64,000 bases of DNA from an uncultured delta proteobacterium (lineage in GTDB: Bacteria; Myxococcota; UBA727; VGSZ01): the NCBI GenBank assembly GCA_963775425.1, contig CAVZJB010000011.1, forward strand, positions 192,001 through 256,000. Reading direction: 5' to 3'. The position numbers and the translations under genes were made by a program. How positions within the stretch are numbered: the first letter of the stretch is position 1; each line of letters starts with the position of its first letter. The notes below the pieces were generated by a model, which had not been told where the DNA came from, did no database searches, and worked only from the letters and a program-made list of their open reading frames with translations. Positions 53,953 through 64,000 of this stretch are shown in pieces.

Positions 53953-53971
53953 GCGGGGGACAAGCCCCCGC
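53953..53971. repeat. REP-like hairpin copy
   Basis: GCGGGGGACAAGCCCCCGC, identical to the core at 48547-48565. Confidence 0.7.
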
Positions 53972-53981
53972 GTCGGGGGCG

Positions 53982-54896
53982 TCAGAACTTGGTGTCGTCG
54001 CCCTGGATGCCGTTACAGCCGTCGACGACGAGCTCGGCGGGCTCCTGGCAGGTGGCGCCGGTGCCGTCGTCGAAGCAGTTGGCGGTGTCGCAGTCGTTGT
54101 CGTCGAGGCAGTCGTCGCCGACCTGGAGCTTGTCGGCGCAGACGGCGCCGCCAAGGCCGTTGATGTCGTTGCAGAAGTCGCTGCCGCACTCGCCGTCGAG
54201 GAAGCAGCCCTCGCCGTTTTGCTTCAGCACGATCTTCTGGCAGGTGTCGCCGTCGCAGAAGGTGCCGGGCTCGCACAGGCCGTCGGTGCCGGTGTCGGCG
54301 GTGCAGTCGTCGCCCTCCTTGCCGGGCGACTTGCAGGTGCCGGCCGCGGTGAGGAGGTCCTTGTTGTCGTTGGCGTTGTCGTCCTTGTTGAGCTCGCAAG
54401 CGCTGCCCGCGTCTGCACACTCGAAGGCCTCGAAGCAGCCCTTGCCCTCTTTGACCTTCCCGGTGCCGAACGCGAAGTTGCCGGCGCTGAAGCCGGCGCC
54501 GGAGCACTCGTCGCCGAGGTCGTCGGGGCGGAACACCTGCGAGGCGTCGCACGAGCTCAGCGCGTCGATGCCCGGCTTCAGGCACTTCTCCGCGAGCGCG
54601 CCGTCGTACTCGAAGCGCCCCTGGTTGATGGCGTCCTGGACCTCGAGCGAGTTGCCGCAGGCGGCGGTGCCGTTTTCGAGGAGCTCGTTGACGCACTCCC
54701 CCTCGTTCCTGAAGCCGGCGACGCCGAAGCCGTTGGCGAAGGCGCCCCGCTCGGCGGCGTTGCAGCACGAGTAGGTGAAGTGACAGAGCGCGCGGACCTC
54801 GCTCTCACACGCCTGATCGGCGTTGAACGGGAAGAAGAAGTTGCATGACGTGCCCGTGGAGAACGCGAGCGCGACGAGGAGGAAGGTGCGGCGCAT
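53982..54896 (-). CDS. Cys-rich lipoprotein (Dickkopf-N-like/myxobacterial Cys-repeat type)
   Basis: GTS-C lipobox-like, CC motif, GRFEYDG..A.KC, GxxCxxxxxC repeats. Confidence 0.75.
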   Translation of the reverse strand: MRRTFLLVALAFSTGTSCNFFFPFNADQACESEVRALCHFTYSCCNAAERGAFANGFGVAGFRNEGECVNELLENGTAACGNSLEVQDAINQGRFEYDGALAEKCLKPGIDALSSCDASQVFRPDDLGDECSGAGFSAGNFAFGTGKVKEGKGCFEAFECADAGSACELNKDDNANDNKDLLTAAGTCKSPGKEGDDCTADTGTDGLCEPGTFCDGDTCQKIVLKQNGEGCFLDGECGSDFCNDINGLGGAVCADKLQVGDDCLDDNDCDTANCFDDGTGATCQEPAELVVDGCNGIQGDDTKF

Positions 54897-54951
54897 GTCC
54901 GGAGCTTGCCACACCGCAGGCGCGGCGCCCCACTTTCGGGCCGTGAGCGGC

Positions 54952-55881
54952 TCACTCGCGCTCGGGGCGGCCGGGCTCGAAGACGGCGTCGAGGCCGCGG
55001 GCGCGGAACCATTCGGCCATGGCGAGCTGCGCGGGCTTCTCGGTGCCGTAGTGCGTTCCGTCGACGACGGCGATGCCGGCGGCAGCCGCGCGTGCGCGAA
55101 ACGCGTCGTGGAGCGCGCGGACGAAGGGGATGCGGCACGGTGACGCGGCGTTGCCGGTGACGTACGTGGTGCACCCGCGCGCGAGCGCCTGCTCGAGCGG
55201 GGCGACGTCGGCGCCGCCGCCGGCGACCACAGCGACCCGACCCGCCGCACGCGCCGCAGCCGCGCGCGCCACGGGTCCGCGCCCCACGCCGCCGTCGGCG
55301 CGCGCGGCGATCGGGGCGCCGACGATGCGCACGGGGATGTCGTCGCCGAGCGTCGCCTTCAGGCGCGCGGCGAGCGCGGCGACGTCGAGGTCGCTGTCGC
55401 CGATGACGCCGGCGCCGCCGGGGAGGTCGGCGGTGGTGGGAAAGAACGGCTCCGTCGACGACAGGCCGAGCGCGCCGGCGATGAGGAGCGACGGGGACAC
55501 CTCGGGGTGGTGATCGAGGGGCGCGTGCGCCGTGTACACGCTGATTCCCTCGGCGCGAGCGCGCTCGAAGCTCGCGCGCGACCAGGGCGCGAACACGTCG
55601 CCGGTGGCGTCGTCTATCGGGTGCTCGGTGAACAGGAACGTCCCCGGCGCGAGGCGCGCGAACAGGGCGTCGCTCGGGAACACGCACGTGGCCACGCACG
55701 TGACGTCGTCGCCGCCCTTGAGCATGAGGCCGTTCCAGCGCTCCATCCAGCGCGGCTCGACGTACTCCTTCCAGGTCGGCGTCTCATAGACGACATCGAA
55801 GATCTCGGTCCAGTCGTCGTCGCGCACGGCGTCCACGCCGAAGAAGGCGTCGAGATCGCGCACGAGGTCATCGCGCCTCAT
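54952..55881 (-). CDS. Nif3/YbgI-like dinuclear metal-centre protein
   Basis: NGL, TEHP, AHAPLDHH, VAVVAGGG, YVTG, GTHYGTE. Confidence 0.82.
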   Translation of the reverse strand: MRRDDLVRDLDAFFGVDAVRDDDWTEIFDVVYETPTWKEYVEPRWMERWNGLMLKGGDDVTCVATCVFPSDALFARLAPGTFLFTEHPIDDATGDVFAPWSRASFERARAEGISVYTAHAPLDHHPEVSPSLLIAGALGLSSTEPFFPTTADLPGGAGVIGDSDLDVAALAARLKATLGDDIPVRIVGAPIAARADGGVGRGPVARAAAARAAGRVAVVAGGGADVAPLEQALARGCTTYVTGNAASPCRIPFVRALHDAFRARAAAAGIAVVDGTHYGTEKPAQLAMAEWFRARGLDAVFEPGRPERE

Positions 55882-55893
55882 GGGAAGACGATG

Positions 55894-56973
55894 CTAGCGC
55901 GGGTCGAGGTTCTCGTCGAAAAGACAGACGCCGTCGTCGCTGTCCGGGGGCTCGGTCACCGAGTTGCCGTCGGGGCCCACGAACTCGACGAAGCTGTTGG
56001 TGCCGGTGTCGTCCCAGCACTGCGTCTCCTGCACGCCCGCGCCCGCGTCGCCGCCCGTGATGCCGCCGTGGGCGCGGCCCGCCTGCTCGGCGTTCCACGC
56101 GGCGGCGATGTGGAGGTCCTCGAGCCGCGGGGTGTTGTCGACGTCGCGCAGCGGGATGTCGGCGATGACCTCGAAGTCGAAGGTGCCCGAGCCGTCGGTC
56201 TCGCGCAGGAAGTCGTAGTGCAGCGGGGTGGCGGTGCTGCCGTCGGGACGCACGACGCCGTCGAGGTCGACGGTGATGTGGGTGTGCCCGTCGTTGTCGA
56301 ACTGGAAGCTCAGCTCACGTCCGAGCGTGCCGAAGTCCGGCAGGCGCGCGACCTCGAGGGTCATGTCGCCGCTGCCGCTGCGGGCGCCGCGGTCCTGGAT
56401 CTCGCCGGGGGAAAACGAGCCCGACAACAACACCGCGAGGCCGCTGTCGTCGTCGACGTCGGTGTCGCAGGTGACGTCCTTGCCCTTGCGGGGGCCGATG
56501 GGGCCCGCCACGGCGTGCAGGCAGAAGCCGAAGGTGGTGTCGTCGACGCGGTCCATCTCGAAGCGCGCGGTGAAGCCCTTGTCGGCGACGAAGAACGGCC
56601 CCCACACGCGCTTGCCGCGGGCGCGTGTGGTGGGCGGCTGCGCGGTGACGGCGTCGACGAGGTCGAGCAGGCTGAAGGTGAGGTTGTTGATGCCGCGCGC
56701 GGTCTGGCGGGCGGTGCAGCGCAGGTCGCCCTCGGCGCAGGCGGCCTCGAGCGCCTGTGACGTCGAGCTGTCGCTCGCGTTCGCCTCGCTGGCGGCGCCG
56801 GCGGGCCGCAGCTCCACCGCGCTCTTGGACGGCACGGCCGCGCGGAAGATCAGGTCCTCCTGCGACAAGTCCCCACACCCCGCGCCGAACGCGAGGAGCG
56901 CGAACGCCGCGGCGGTCCCGGCGGCGGACCAGCCGCGGCGGGGCTCTTCACAGGGGGGACGGGCGCTCATCAT
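55894..56973 (-). CDS. Hypothetical lipoprotein
   Basis: GAG-C lipobox, VWGP motif, ETQCWD; last gene of the ECF-caspase operon. Start codon uncertain. Confidence 0.65.
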   Translation of the reverse strand: MMSARPPCEEPRRGWSAAGTAAAFALLAFGAGCGDLSQEDLIFRAAVPSKSAVELRPAGAASEANASDSSTSQALEAACAEGDLRCTARQTARGINNLTFSLLDLVDAVTAQPPTTRARGKRVWGPFFVADKGFTARFEMDRVDDTTFGFCLHAVAGPIGPRKGKDVTCDTDVDDDSGLAVLLSGSFSPGEIQDRGARSGSGDMTLEVARLPDFGTLGRELSFQFDNDGHTHITVDLDGVVRPDGSTATPLHYDFLRETDGSGTFDFEVIADIPLRDVDNTPRLEDLHIAAAWNAEQAGRAHGGITGGDAGAGVQETQCWDDTGTNSFVEFVGPDGNSVTEPPDSDDGVCLFDENLDPR

Positions 56974-56999
56974 GATCTTGGACACAGCTCCGGGCGACC

Positions 57000-58622
57000 C
57001 TAGAAATCGAACCACACCGAAGCGATCCCGTCGAGCAGCGCGAGGGATCTGACTTCGTCCACGTTGTAGGGAAGGTACTGCGCGCGGCCCATCACTTCGA
57101 CGTGGCCCCAGTGCGCGAAATTCCAGCCCACCAGGGCCACCAGGCCGGGGCTGAAGGTGAGGTAGCTCTGCTCGGCGATGGGCGCCCCCGAGAGCTGGTG
57201 GTGGAACCAGTACGCGGCCGTGCGCGCGCCCCCCGCGAGGAGGAGCTGCTCGTCGACGAACCGCTCCTCCCACAACAGCGACGCCCCCGCCTCGAGCTGC
57301 GTGACCTGCGTCGGATAGGAGGCCACGCCGAGGGCGCCGCCGTCCGCCGTGCGCACCGTCTGCACGCTGCCCACGCCGACGTCGAGGCTGCCGATGAGGT
57401 GCGTGCGCAACAGGTTGTGCGCCCGCGCCTCCAGCGTCACGAACGGCAAGGAGGGGAACAGGCCGCCGTCGTTGGCGCCGTCGACGACGACCTGGCCGCC
57501 GAAGCCCAGCGACAACGACCACCCGACGGCGCGCTCGACCGTGTCCGACAGGATGGGCGTCCCCTTGGCGTAGTCGTCCTGGAAGCTCACCGTCTCCATG
57601 GTCTGGTCATTGACGGTGAACACGCCCTTCTGTCGGGCGCTCAGGCGCTGCATCAACAGGTGCGAGTCGAGGCGCTTCTTGATCGCGTATTGCCCCGTGG
57701 GCAGCGCGATGCGCGAGGCGGCGCCCGCGTCTTTGTCGACCTCGGCCACGAAGAGCTGCCGGTCGAGATCGACGACGAAGTAGCGGCCCTCGAGCGCCGC
57801 GGGGAAGTTGATGACGACGTCCGCGTCGCCGGGCTCGGTGAGCACGACGTCGCCGGCGCCGCGCAGGTCGTAGGCGTACGTGGGGTGCTGCGCGCCCGCG
57901 CGGGTCACGGCCGTGGCGGCGACGGTGCGGCCGTAGGCGTAGGCGTAGGCCTCCTCGAGGGTGACCTTGCCGTCGTGGTTCTTGTCGGCGTCGCCGCGCA
58001 GCCCCGTGGCCAGGTAGTGCGTGAAGAACGAGCCCTGGATGTCGTCGCTCTCCTGCGAGACCTCGTTGGCCGACGACGACGTGATGATCACCTGCCCCTT
58101 GGCCGAGAGGTTCTCGTCGACGGCGACCACGAAGGGCGGCGCGATGGTGCCGCCCTTCTCGCGGATCATGGCGCCGGCGCCGCAACTGTCGATGAAGGCG
58201 AGCCGCACGTCGGCGCTCGAGCGCTCGAGGCGCGTGCGCACCGTCTGCATGTCGAGCATGGAGTCGCCCAGGCGCAGCACGCCGTTTTGCGCGTGGCCCG
58301 AGTAATAGAAGAGGAACACCACCTCGTCGCCCTTGGCCTTGGCCTCCGAGACGCGGCGCTCCACCTCGTCCATGGTGTTCAAGACCGCGGCGGCGTCGCC
58401 GTCGATGACGGAGAGCATGTCGGCGCGGGTGAAGCCGCCGAGCTCCGCGAGCACGTCGGCGAGGCGCGCGCCGTCGCGCTCGGGGTAGCGCAGCGCGGGG
58501 AGCCCGGGGCCGCCTTCGTGGTTCGCCACGATGAGGGCGAAGCGCTCGGTCTTCGCAACGGCCGGCGCCGCCCCGAGCAGGGCGGCGAGGACTCCGGCCA
58601 GGAAGAGGGCGCGATTGCGCAC
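57000..58622 (-). CDS. Exported caspase-family (peptidase C14) protein with C-terminal beta-barrel-like domain
   Basis: Signal peptide, RFALIVAN, YYSGH (His), IDSC (Cys), SFFTHYL..GLRG.AD, QHP; C-terminus ends WFDF. Confidence 0.88.
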   Translation of the reverse strand: MRNRALFLAGVLAALLGAAPAVAKTERFALIVANHEGGPGLPALRYPERDGARLADVLAELGGFTRADMLSVIDGDAAAVLNTMDEVERRVSEAKAKGDEVVFLFYYSGHAQNGVLRLGDSMLDMQTVRTRLERSSADVRLAFIDSCGAGAMIREKGGTIAPPFVVAVDENLSAKGQVIITSSSANEVSQESDDIQGSFFTHYLATGLRGDADKNHDGKVTLEEAYAYAYGRTVAATAVTRAGAQHPTYAYDLRGAGDVVLTEPGDADVVINFPAALEGRYFVVDLDRQLFVAEVDKDAGAASRIALPTGQYAIKKRLDSHLLMQRLSARQKGVFTVNDQTMETVSFQDDYAKGTPILSDTVERAVGWSLSLGFGGQVVVDGANDGGLFPSLPFVTLEARAHNLLRTHLIGSLDVGVGSVQTVRTADGGALGVASYPTQVTQLEAGASLLWEERFVDEQLLLAGGARTAAYWFHHQLSGAPIAEQSYLTFSPGLVALVGWNFAHWGHVEVMGRAQYLPYNVDEVRSLALLDGIASVWFDF

Positions 58623-58628
58623 GTCGGG

Positions 58629-59495
58629 CTACCTCGGGGCGACCTTCACGATGTGCACCGAGCCTTGCACGTAGGCGTCGGGGAGCGGCAAGCGCTCCGT
58701 CGACACGAGATCGGCGTGGGACGACGCCAGCTCTTGCGCGGCCTTCTCGACGCGGGCGCGCACGGCGGCGACGTCGCCGTCGCCGTAGACGACGAAGAAG
58801 CGCTCGGGCCCGGTGCTGTCGTCGAGGACGACGCTGTCGGGCAACAGGCGAGGCTTGTCGTCCGCGGCCGGCGCGGGGCCCTTGGCGCGGCCGGCGACGT
58901 CCTCGGCGTCGTACACCGTGACCTCGCCGCGGCCGTCGACGCCGACGAGGACCATGGCGTTGTGCGCGGCGTGCTCGCGGACGGCGAACTGGATCTGGTC
59001 GCCGGCGCCGAGCCGTTCGCCTTCGTGGCCGAAGTGCGCGTTGTGACCATCGCGCACGAAGAAGCCGACGCTGGCCTCGCCGCCCTTGATGCCATTGCCC
59101 CCGGCGCGCCCGTCGCTCGGCGGACGCGTGACGACGATGATGACGGCGGCGGCGGCGACGACGGCGCCGAGGCCGGCTTGCACCCGCAGGCTCTTGAGGG
59201 GCGCGAGGAGCGCGGCGACGACGGAGGCGAAGCCGGAGGCGTGGGCGGTGACGCGGCTTTCGTGCTCCGCGAGGAAGCGCTCGAGCGGGACCTCGAGGCG
59301 GAGGGCGGCGTCGGCGGCGCGCTGCTCGTCGACGAGGGCGTCGTGGCGCGCCTTGAGGGCGGCGTCGCTCGCGAGGAGCCCGGCGATGGCGCTGCGGCGC
59401 TCGGCGTCGAGCTCGCCCGCGATGTAGCGCGAGAGCTCGAAGCCGCTGACGGCGGGCTCCGGGATATCGAGGGGGGGCAGGCGGAGGGTGGGCAT
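58629..59495 (-). CDS. Putative anti-sigma factor with DUF4384-like C-terminal domain (ActD-like)
   Basis: LSRYIAGEL N-terminal anti-sigma-like helix, TM helix, IKGG, L..GD.IQF, VDGRG.V, VLDD..GPERF. Confidence 0.75.
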   Translation of the reverse strand: MPTLRLPPLDIPEPAVSGFELSRYIAGELDAERRSAIAGLLASDAALKARHDALVDEQRAADAALRLEVPLERFLAEHESRVTAHASGFASVVAALLAPLKSLRVQAGLGAVVAAAAVIIVVTRPPSDGRAGGNGIKGGEASVGFFVRDGHNAHFGHEGERLGAGDQIQFAVREHAAHNAMVLVGVDGRGEVTVYDAEDVAGRAKGPAPAADDKPRLLPDSVVLDDSTGPERFFVVYGDGDVAAVRARVEKAAQELASSHADLVSTERLPLPDAYVQGSVHIVKVAPR

Positions 59496-59506
59496 GGCGT
59501 GGTCCC

Positions 59507-60052
59507 CTAGATCGGGGCCTCCTGGAACTCGATGCCGGGCACGGCCTTTTGGATCTCGTCGCGGGCGACCGCGATGAACTCACGAAGGCGCTTGCGCAGC
59601 GTCGGCGCGCTGAGGTTCACGAGGGCGCAGATCTCGGACTGCGTCATTTCGTCGACGAAGTAGTAGGTGGCGATCTCGGCGAGCTCCGGCTCGACCCTGG
59701 CCATGGCCACGCGCAGCAACTGGTGGCTCTCGGCGAGGGACTTGAGCTCGACGGGCGGCGCGCCCTCGACTTCCGCTTTGTATTTGTCGTGCCAGGCGGC
59801 GCGCTTGGCGCGAATGACGTTCAAGCAATGGTTGGTGGCGATGCGGGTCATCCACGTGATGGGGCTCGACTCACCGCGAAACTGCGCGAGGTTCTTCTGC
59901 ACCTTGATGAAGACGTCGTGCATGGCGTCCCTCGCCTCTTCCTTGTCGCGCAGCAGGTACAGACATCGTGCGTACACGCGGCTCCCGTACTTCGTGTAGA
60001 GCTCCGTCAGGAGCTCTCGATCGCTCGCCATCTGTGACTTCGACACGCCCAT
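59507..60052 (-). CDS. ECF sigma-70 factor
   Basis: DAMHDVFIK, WMTRIATNHCLN, MTQSEI...SAPTLRKRL; start at 60052 or 60031. Confidence 0.92.
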   Translation of the reverse strand: MGVSKSQMASDRELLTELYTKYGSRVYARCLYLLRDKEEARDAMHDVFIKVQKNLAQFRGESSPITWMTRIATNHCLNVIRAKRAAWHDKYKAEVEGAPPVELKSLAESHQLLRVAMARVEPELAEIATYYFVDEMTQSEICALVNLSAPTLRKRLREFIAVARDEIQKAVPGIEFQEAPI

Positions 60053-60146
60053 GCTCCGGGATGGAAACTCCCAGATCCGTCGGATCCCGTCGATCTTCCG
60101 GGGGCCTGCGCGTCGACGTGATGTGCGGCGCTGTGCGCGGCGCCCG

Positions 60147-60250
60147 TCACGCCGCCGGGCGCGCTCGATAGCTGCGCTGCACGAGGCCGCCGTCGAACGA
60201 TCGCGCGCCCTGGAGCGCGAGCGGCGTGCGGCGCAGGGGGCCGAAGCTAC
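60147..60250 (-). pseudogene. Possible 3' remnant of a RibD-C/DHFR-like gene
   Basis: FGPLRRTPLALQGARSFDGGLVQRSYR resembles the C-terminal end of RibD-C/DHFR-like proteins; no 5' part. Confidence 0.35.
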
Positions 60251-60505
60251 ACCCACGCGCTCCGCGATGCCGGCGACGACTTCCTGCTCGACGACGTCGA
60301 GATCGAGCGCCTGCAGGGGCTTCAGCGGCGGTGCGCGCTCCCGCCGGAACGGATACGCGCGATCCATGCAAGCGTGATGGCGAGGGCACTTCATGTCGTC
60401 GCGGACGACGCAATCGTCACGGAGGCGGAAGCAGAGAAGCGCTGGCCCCTCGCCTGCGGACTGCGCGCGCTCGGCGGGGCCCCAGGTGAGATCGCGACGC
60501 GATGA
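60242..60505 (+). pseudogene. Possible 3' remnant of a helical-domain gene
   Basis: Start-less frame SYTHALRDAGDDFLLDDVEIERL...RAIHASV...DDAIVTEAEAEK...LRALGGAPGE-stop; protein-like composition. Confidence 0.4.
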
Positions 60506-60810
60506 GCACGTGCATCGCATGTGCTTGAGCGCGGGATGTGCGCCGCTGCGCCCGCCTTGGACGCGACGTGCGCCGGGTCGTCCGTCAGCGCGTGACCCGG
60601 AGCGACGCGTGTATGCGCGTCGCCGGCTCTGCCGCGACAGCGTCATGCCGCATACGTCGGGGTGCGGCGGGTCGTCGACCATCCGGCCACCGAGGAGCCG
60701 CCGCGTCGGCGTGACCCGCGAGCGCGTCGTCGTTGGTGCGCCCGGCGCTCGTTCGCTCGTTCCATCCAACGCGGCGCGCTCGCGCGAACCCTGCGCGAGC
60801 GCGTCTGTCG

Positions 60811-62577
<1,767 letters not shown>

Positions 62578-62703
62578 CGCTGCTCCGGCGTACAGACGCA
62601 GCGTCGTCCGAGCAGCAGGACGGGGATGCCGGCTGTCCCGGGATCGACCGGGGTGCATGTTCTGGAGATGGCGAAAACGCGAATCGTTTAGTCTCCAACC
62701 AAC

Positions 62704-63186
62704 ATGCGCGGCTTCACCCTGATCGAGGCGCTCGTTGTCGTCGCCATCGCCGGCATCCTCGCGGCTCTTGCGATGCCGAGCGTGTCCCAGACGGTTCGGC
62801 GCGAGCGTTCGCGCGGCGAGGTCGTGAAGATCGCGGACGCCGTCATCGACGCGCGAACGCGGGCGCGCATCCGCCTCTGCAAGACGCTCGTCACCATGGA
62901 CGCGGCGAACACCCAGGTCATCGTCGGGCCGGATCCCGCGGACACCGACGCCACCTGCGCCGGCATGGAGACCACCAAGACGGCGATCAGCGGGAACCTC
63001 GTGTCCATCGCTCCGTTCACCATCAACGGCACCGCCCAAACGCAGCTCGTCTTCGGCGCCGACGGCGGTGTCGAGGACGCCGGCAAGCCGTCGCGCAAGC
63101 GGGCGCTCTCCGTCGTCACTGTCTTGACCGGCGGCACGCGCACCATCGAGGTGTGGCCGGCCACCGGCGCCGTGAGGTTGCGCTGA
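62704..63186 (+). CDS. Prepilin-type protein (FimT/FimU/GspH-like)
   Basis: RG-FTLIE class III signal with hydrophobic helix; F...G and TG.V end motifs. Confidence 0.88.
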   Translation: MRGFTLIEALVVVAIAGILAALAMPSVSQTVRRERSRGEVVKIADAVIDARTRARIRLCKTLVTMDAANTQVIVGPDPADTDATCAGMETTKTAISGNLVSIAPFTINGTAQTQLVFGADGGVEDAGKPSRKRALSVVTVLTGGTRTIEVWPATGAVRLR

Positions 63187-63569
63187 TGAATCGCGGTTTC
63201 AGCCTCATCGAGGTCATGATCTCGTCGGTGATCTTCGCCGTCTCCGTGGCCGGCGTCGTCTCGGCGTTTCACACGTCCACCCGCCTGTCGGCGCACTTCG
63301 AGCACGAGACCGCCGCCGCCCTCATCGGGGAGAGCGTCCTCGAGGAGCTCATCTTGAAGGCGCGCGGCGACGCGGACCTCGCGCCCAACGCCACCATCTC
63401 GCGCACCTACGACGCAAAGGGGGACCAGAGCCCGCTCGGTCCCTACACGGCCCGGTGGACGGTCACACCGAACGAGCCCATCGCCGGGCTCAAGCAGATC
63501 GCGCTCACGGTGACGTGGGCCGAGGAGACCACCACGCGGCGGGTGGCGTTCACCACGGTGCGCGAATGA
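63186..63569 (+). CDS. Minor pilin (PilV-like)
   Basis: RG-FSLIEVM; YTARWTVT...V.W motif; translationally coupled to the upstream gene. Confidence 0.85.
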   Translation: MNRGFSLIEVMISSVIFAVSVAGVVSAFHTSTRLSAHFEHETAAALIGESVLEELILKARGDADLAPNATISRTYDAKGDQSPLGPYTARWTVTPNEPIAGLKQIALTVTWAEETTTRRVAFTTVRE

Positions 63570-64000
63570 GGGCCCGCGGCTTCACGCTCCTCGAGATGAT
63601 GGCGGCGCTCGCCATCTCGGGCATCATCGCCGCGGCCTCCATGACCGCGTTCATCGGCATCTCCCACGCGACGCGCCGCGTGGAACAACAGGCGCACGCC
63701 GACGCCGAAGCCAAGCAGCTCGTCGACTATCTGATGGGCTCCGTGCAGCAGGCGGGCGGCGGGCTGGTCCGTCCGTGGATGGGCATCGCCATCGACGACA
63801 ACTGCACGACTTCGCTGACGGTGGCCGGCCAGACGCTGCCGGCGTGCGACGGCTCCGACCGCCTCCACATCGCCACGCCCGACCCGGACGGCAACCAGTG
63901 CACCATCGTCAGCGTCAGCGGCAGCACCATCACGTCCACCGGCACGGGCGCCACCTGCTGTCTCAACGCCACCGACTTCGAGAAGAAGCCCCTCCTCATC
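63566..64000 (+). CDS. Minor pilin (PilW-like), runs off the window end
   Basis: MRARG-FTLLEMM, QQAG motif; no stop before 64000. Confidence 0.82.
   Translation, partial: MRARGFTLLEMMAALAISGIIAAASMTAFIGISHATRRVEQQAHADAEAKQLVDYLMGSVQQAGGGLVRPWMGIAIDDNCTTSLTVAGQTLPACDGSDRLHIATPDPDGNQCTIVSVSGSTITSTGTGATCCLNATDFEKKPLLI

Overview
Very GC-rich bacterial chromosomal segment, probably Myxococcota or another delta-proteobacterial lineage. That call rests on the Ser/Thr kinases, ECF sigma/anti-sigma modules, caspase plus DUF4384-like pair, many Cys-rich (GE)n lipoproteins and a stand-alone atp F0 cluster. Housekeeping content: Fur-family regulator, acyl-CoA dehydrogenase, ssb, an MltF-like transglycosylase, an interrupted clpP-clpP...clpX...lon region, plsY, atpZ/I-atpB-atpE, prmA, two UvrD-family helicases, a Nif3-like protein and minor pilins. 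I recognised no rRNA, tRNA, transposase, integrase or CRISPR-cas. Most notable observations: (1) a ~1 kb intergenic mosaic array (7390-8412) of three short palindromic modules joined through CGCG, whose main hairpin matches dispersed GTAG-type REPs in the window with a compensatory base change; (2) directly downstream, a DUF692/MNIO enzyme with a fused C-terminal domain next to a ~300-aa Tat-exported protein carrying a GCG...CGMGH tail, a candidate protein-modifying (non-peptide) MNIO system; (3) a glyoxalase-like gene whose middle 126 bp is inverted between two microhomologies; (4) a ClpA-N-domain/ClpS-like fusion; (5) many TAnnnT hexamers 6-9 nt upstream of start codons, suggesting leaderless mRNAs. 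All family assignments come from motif recognition by eye, not from database searches.
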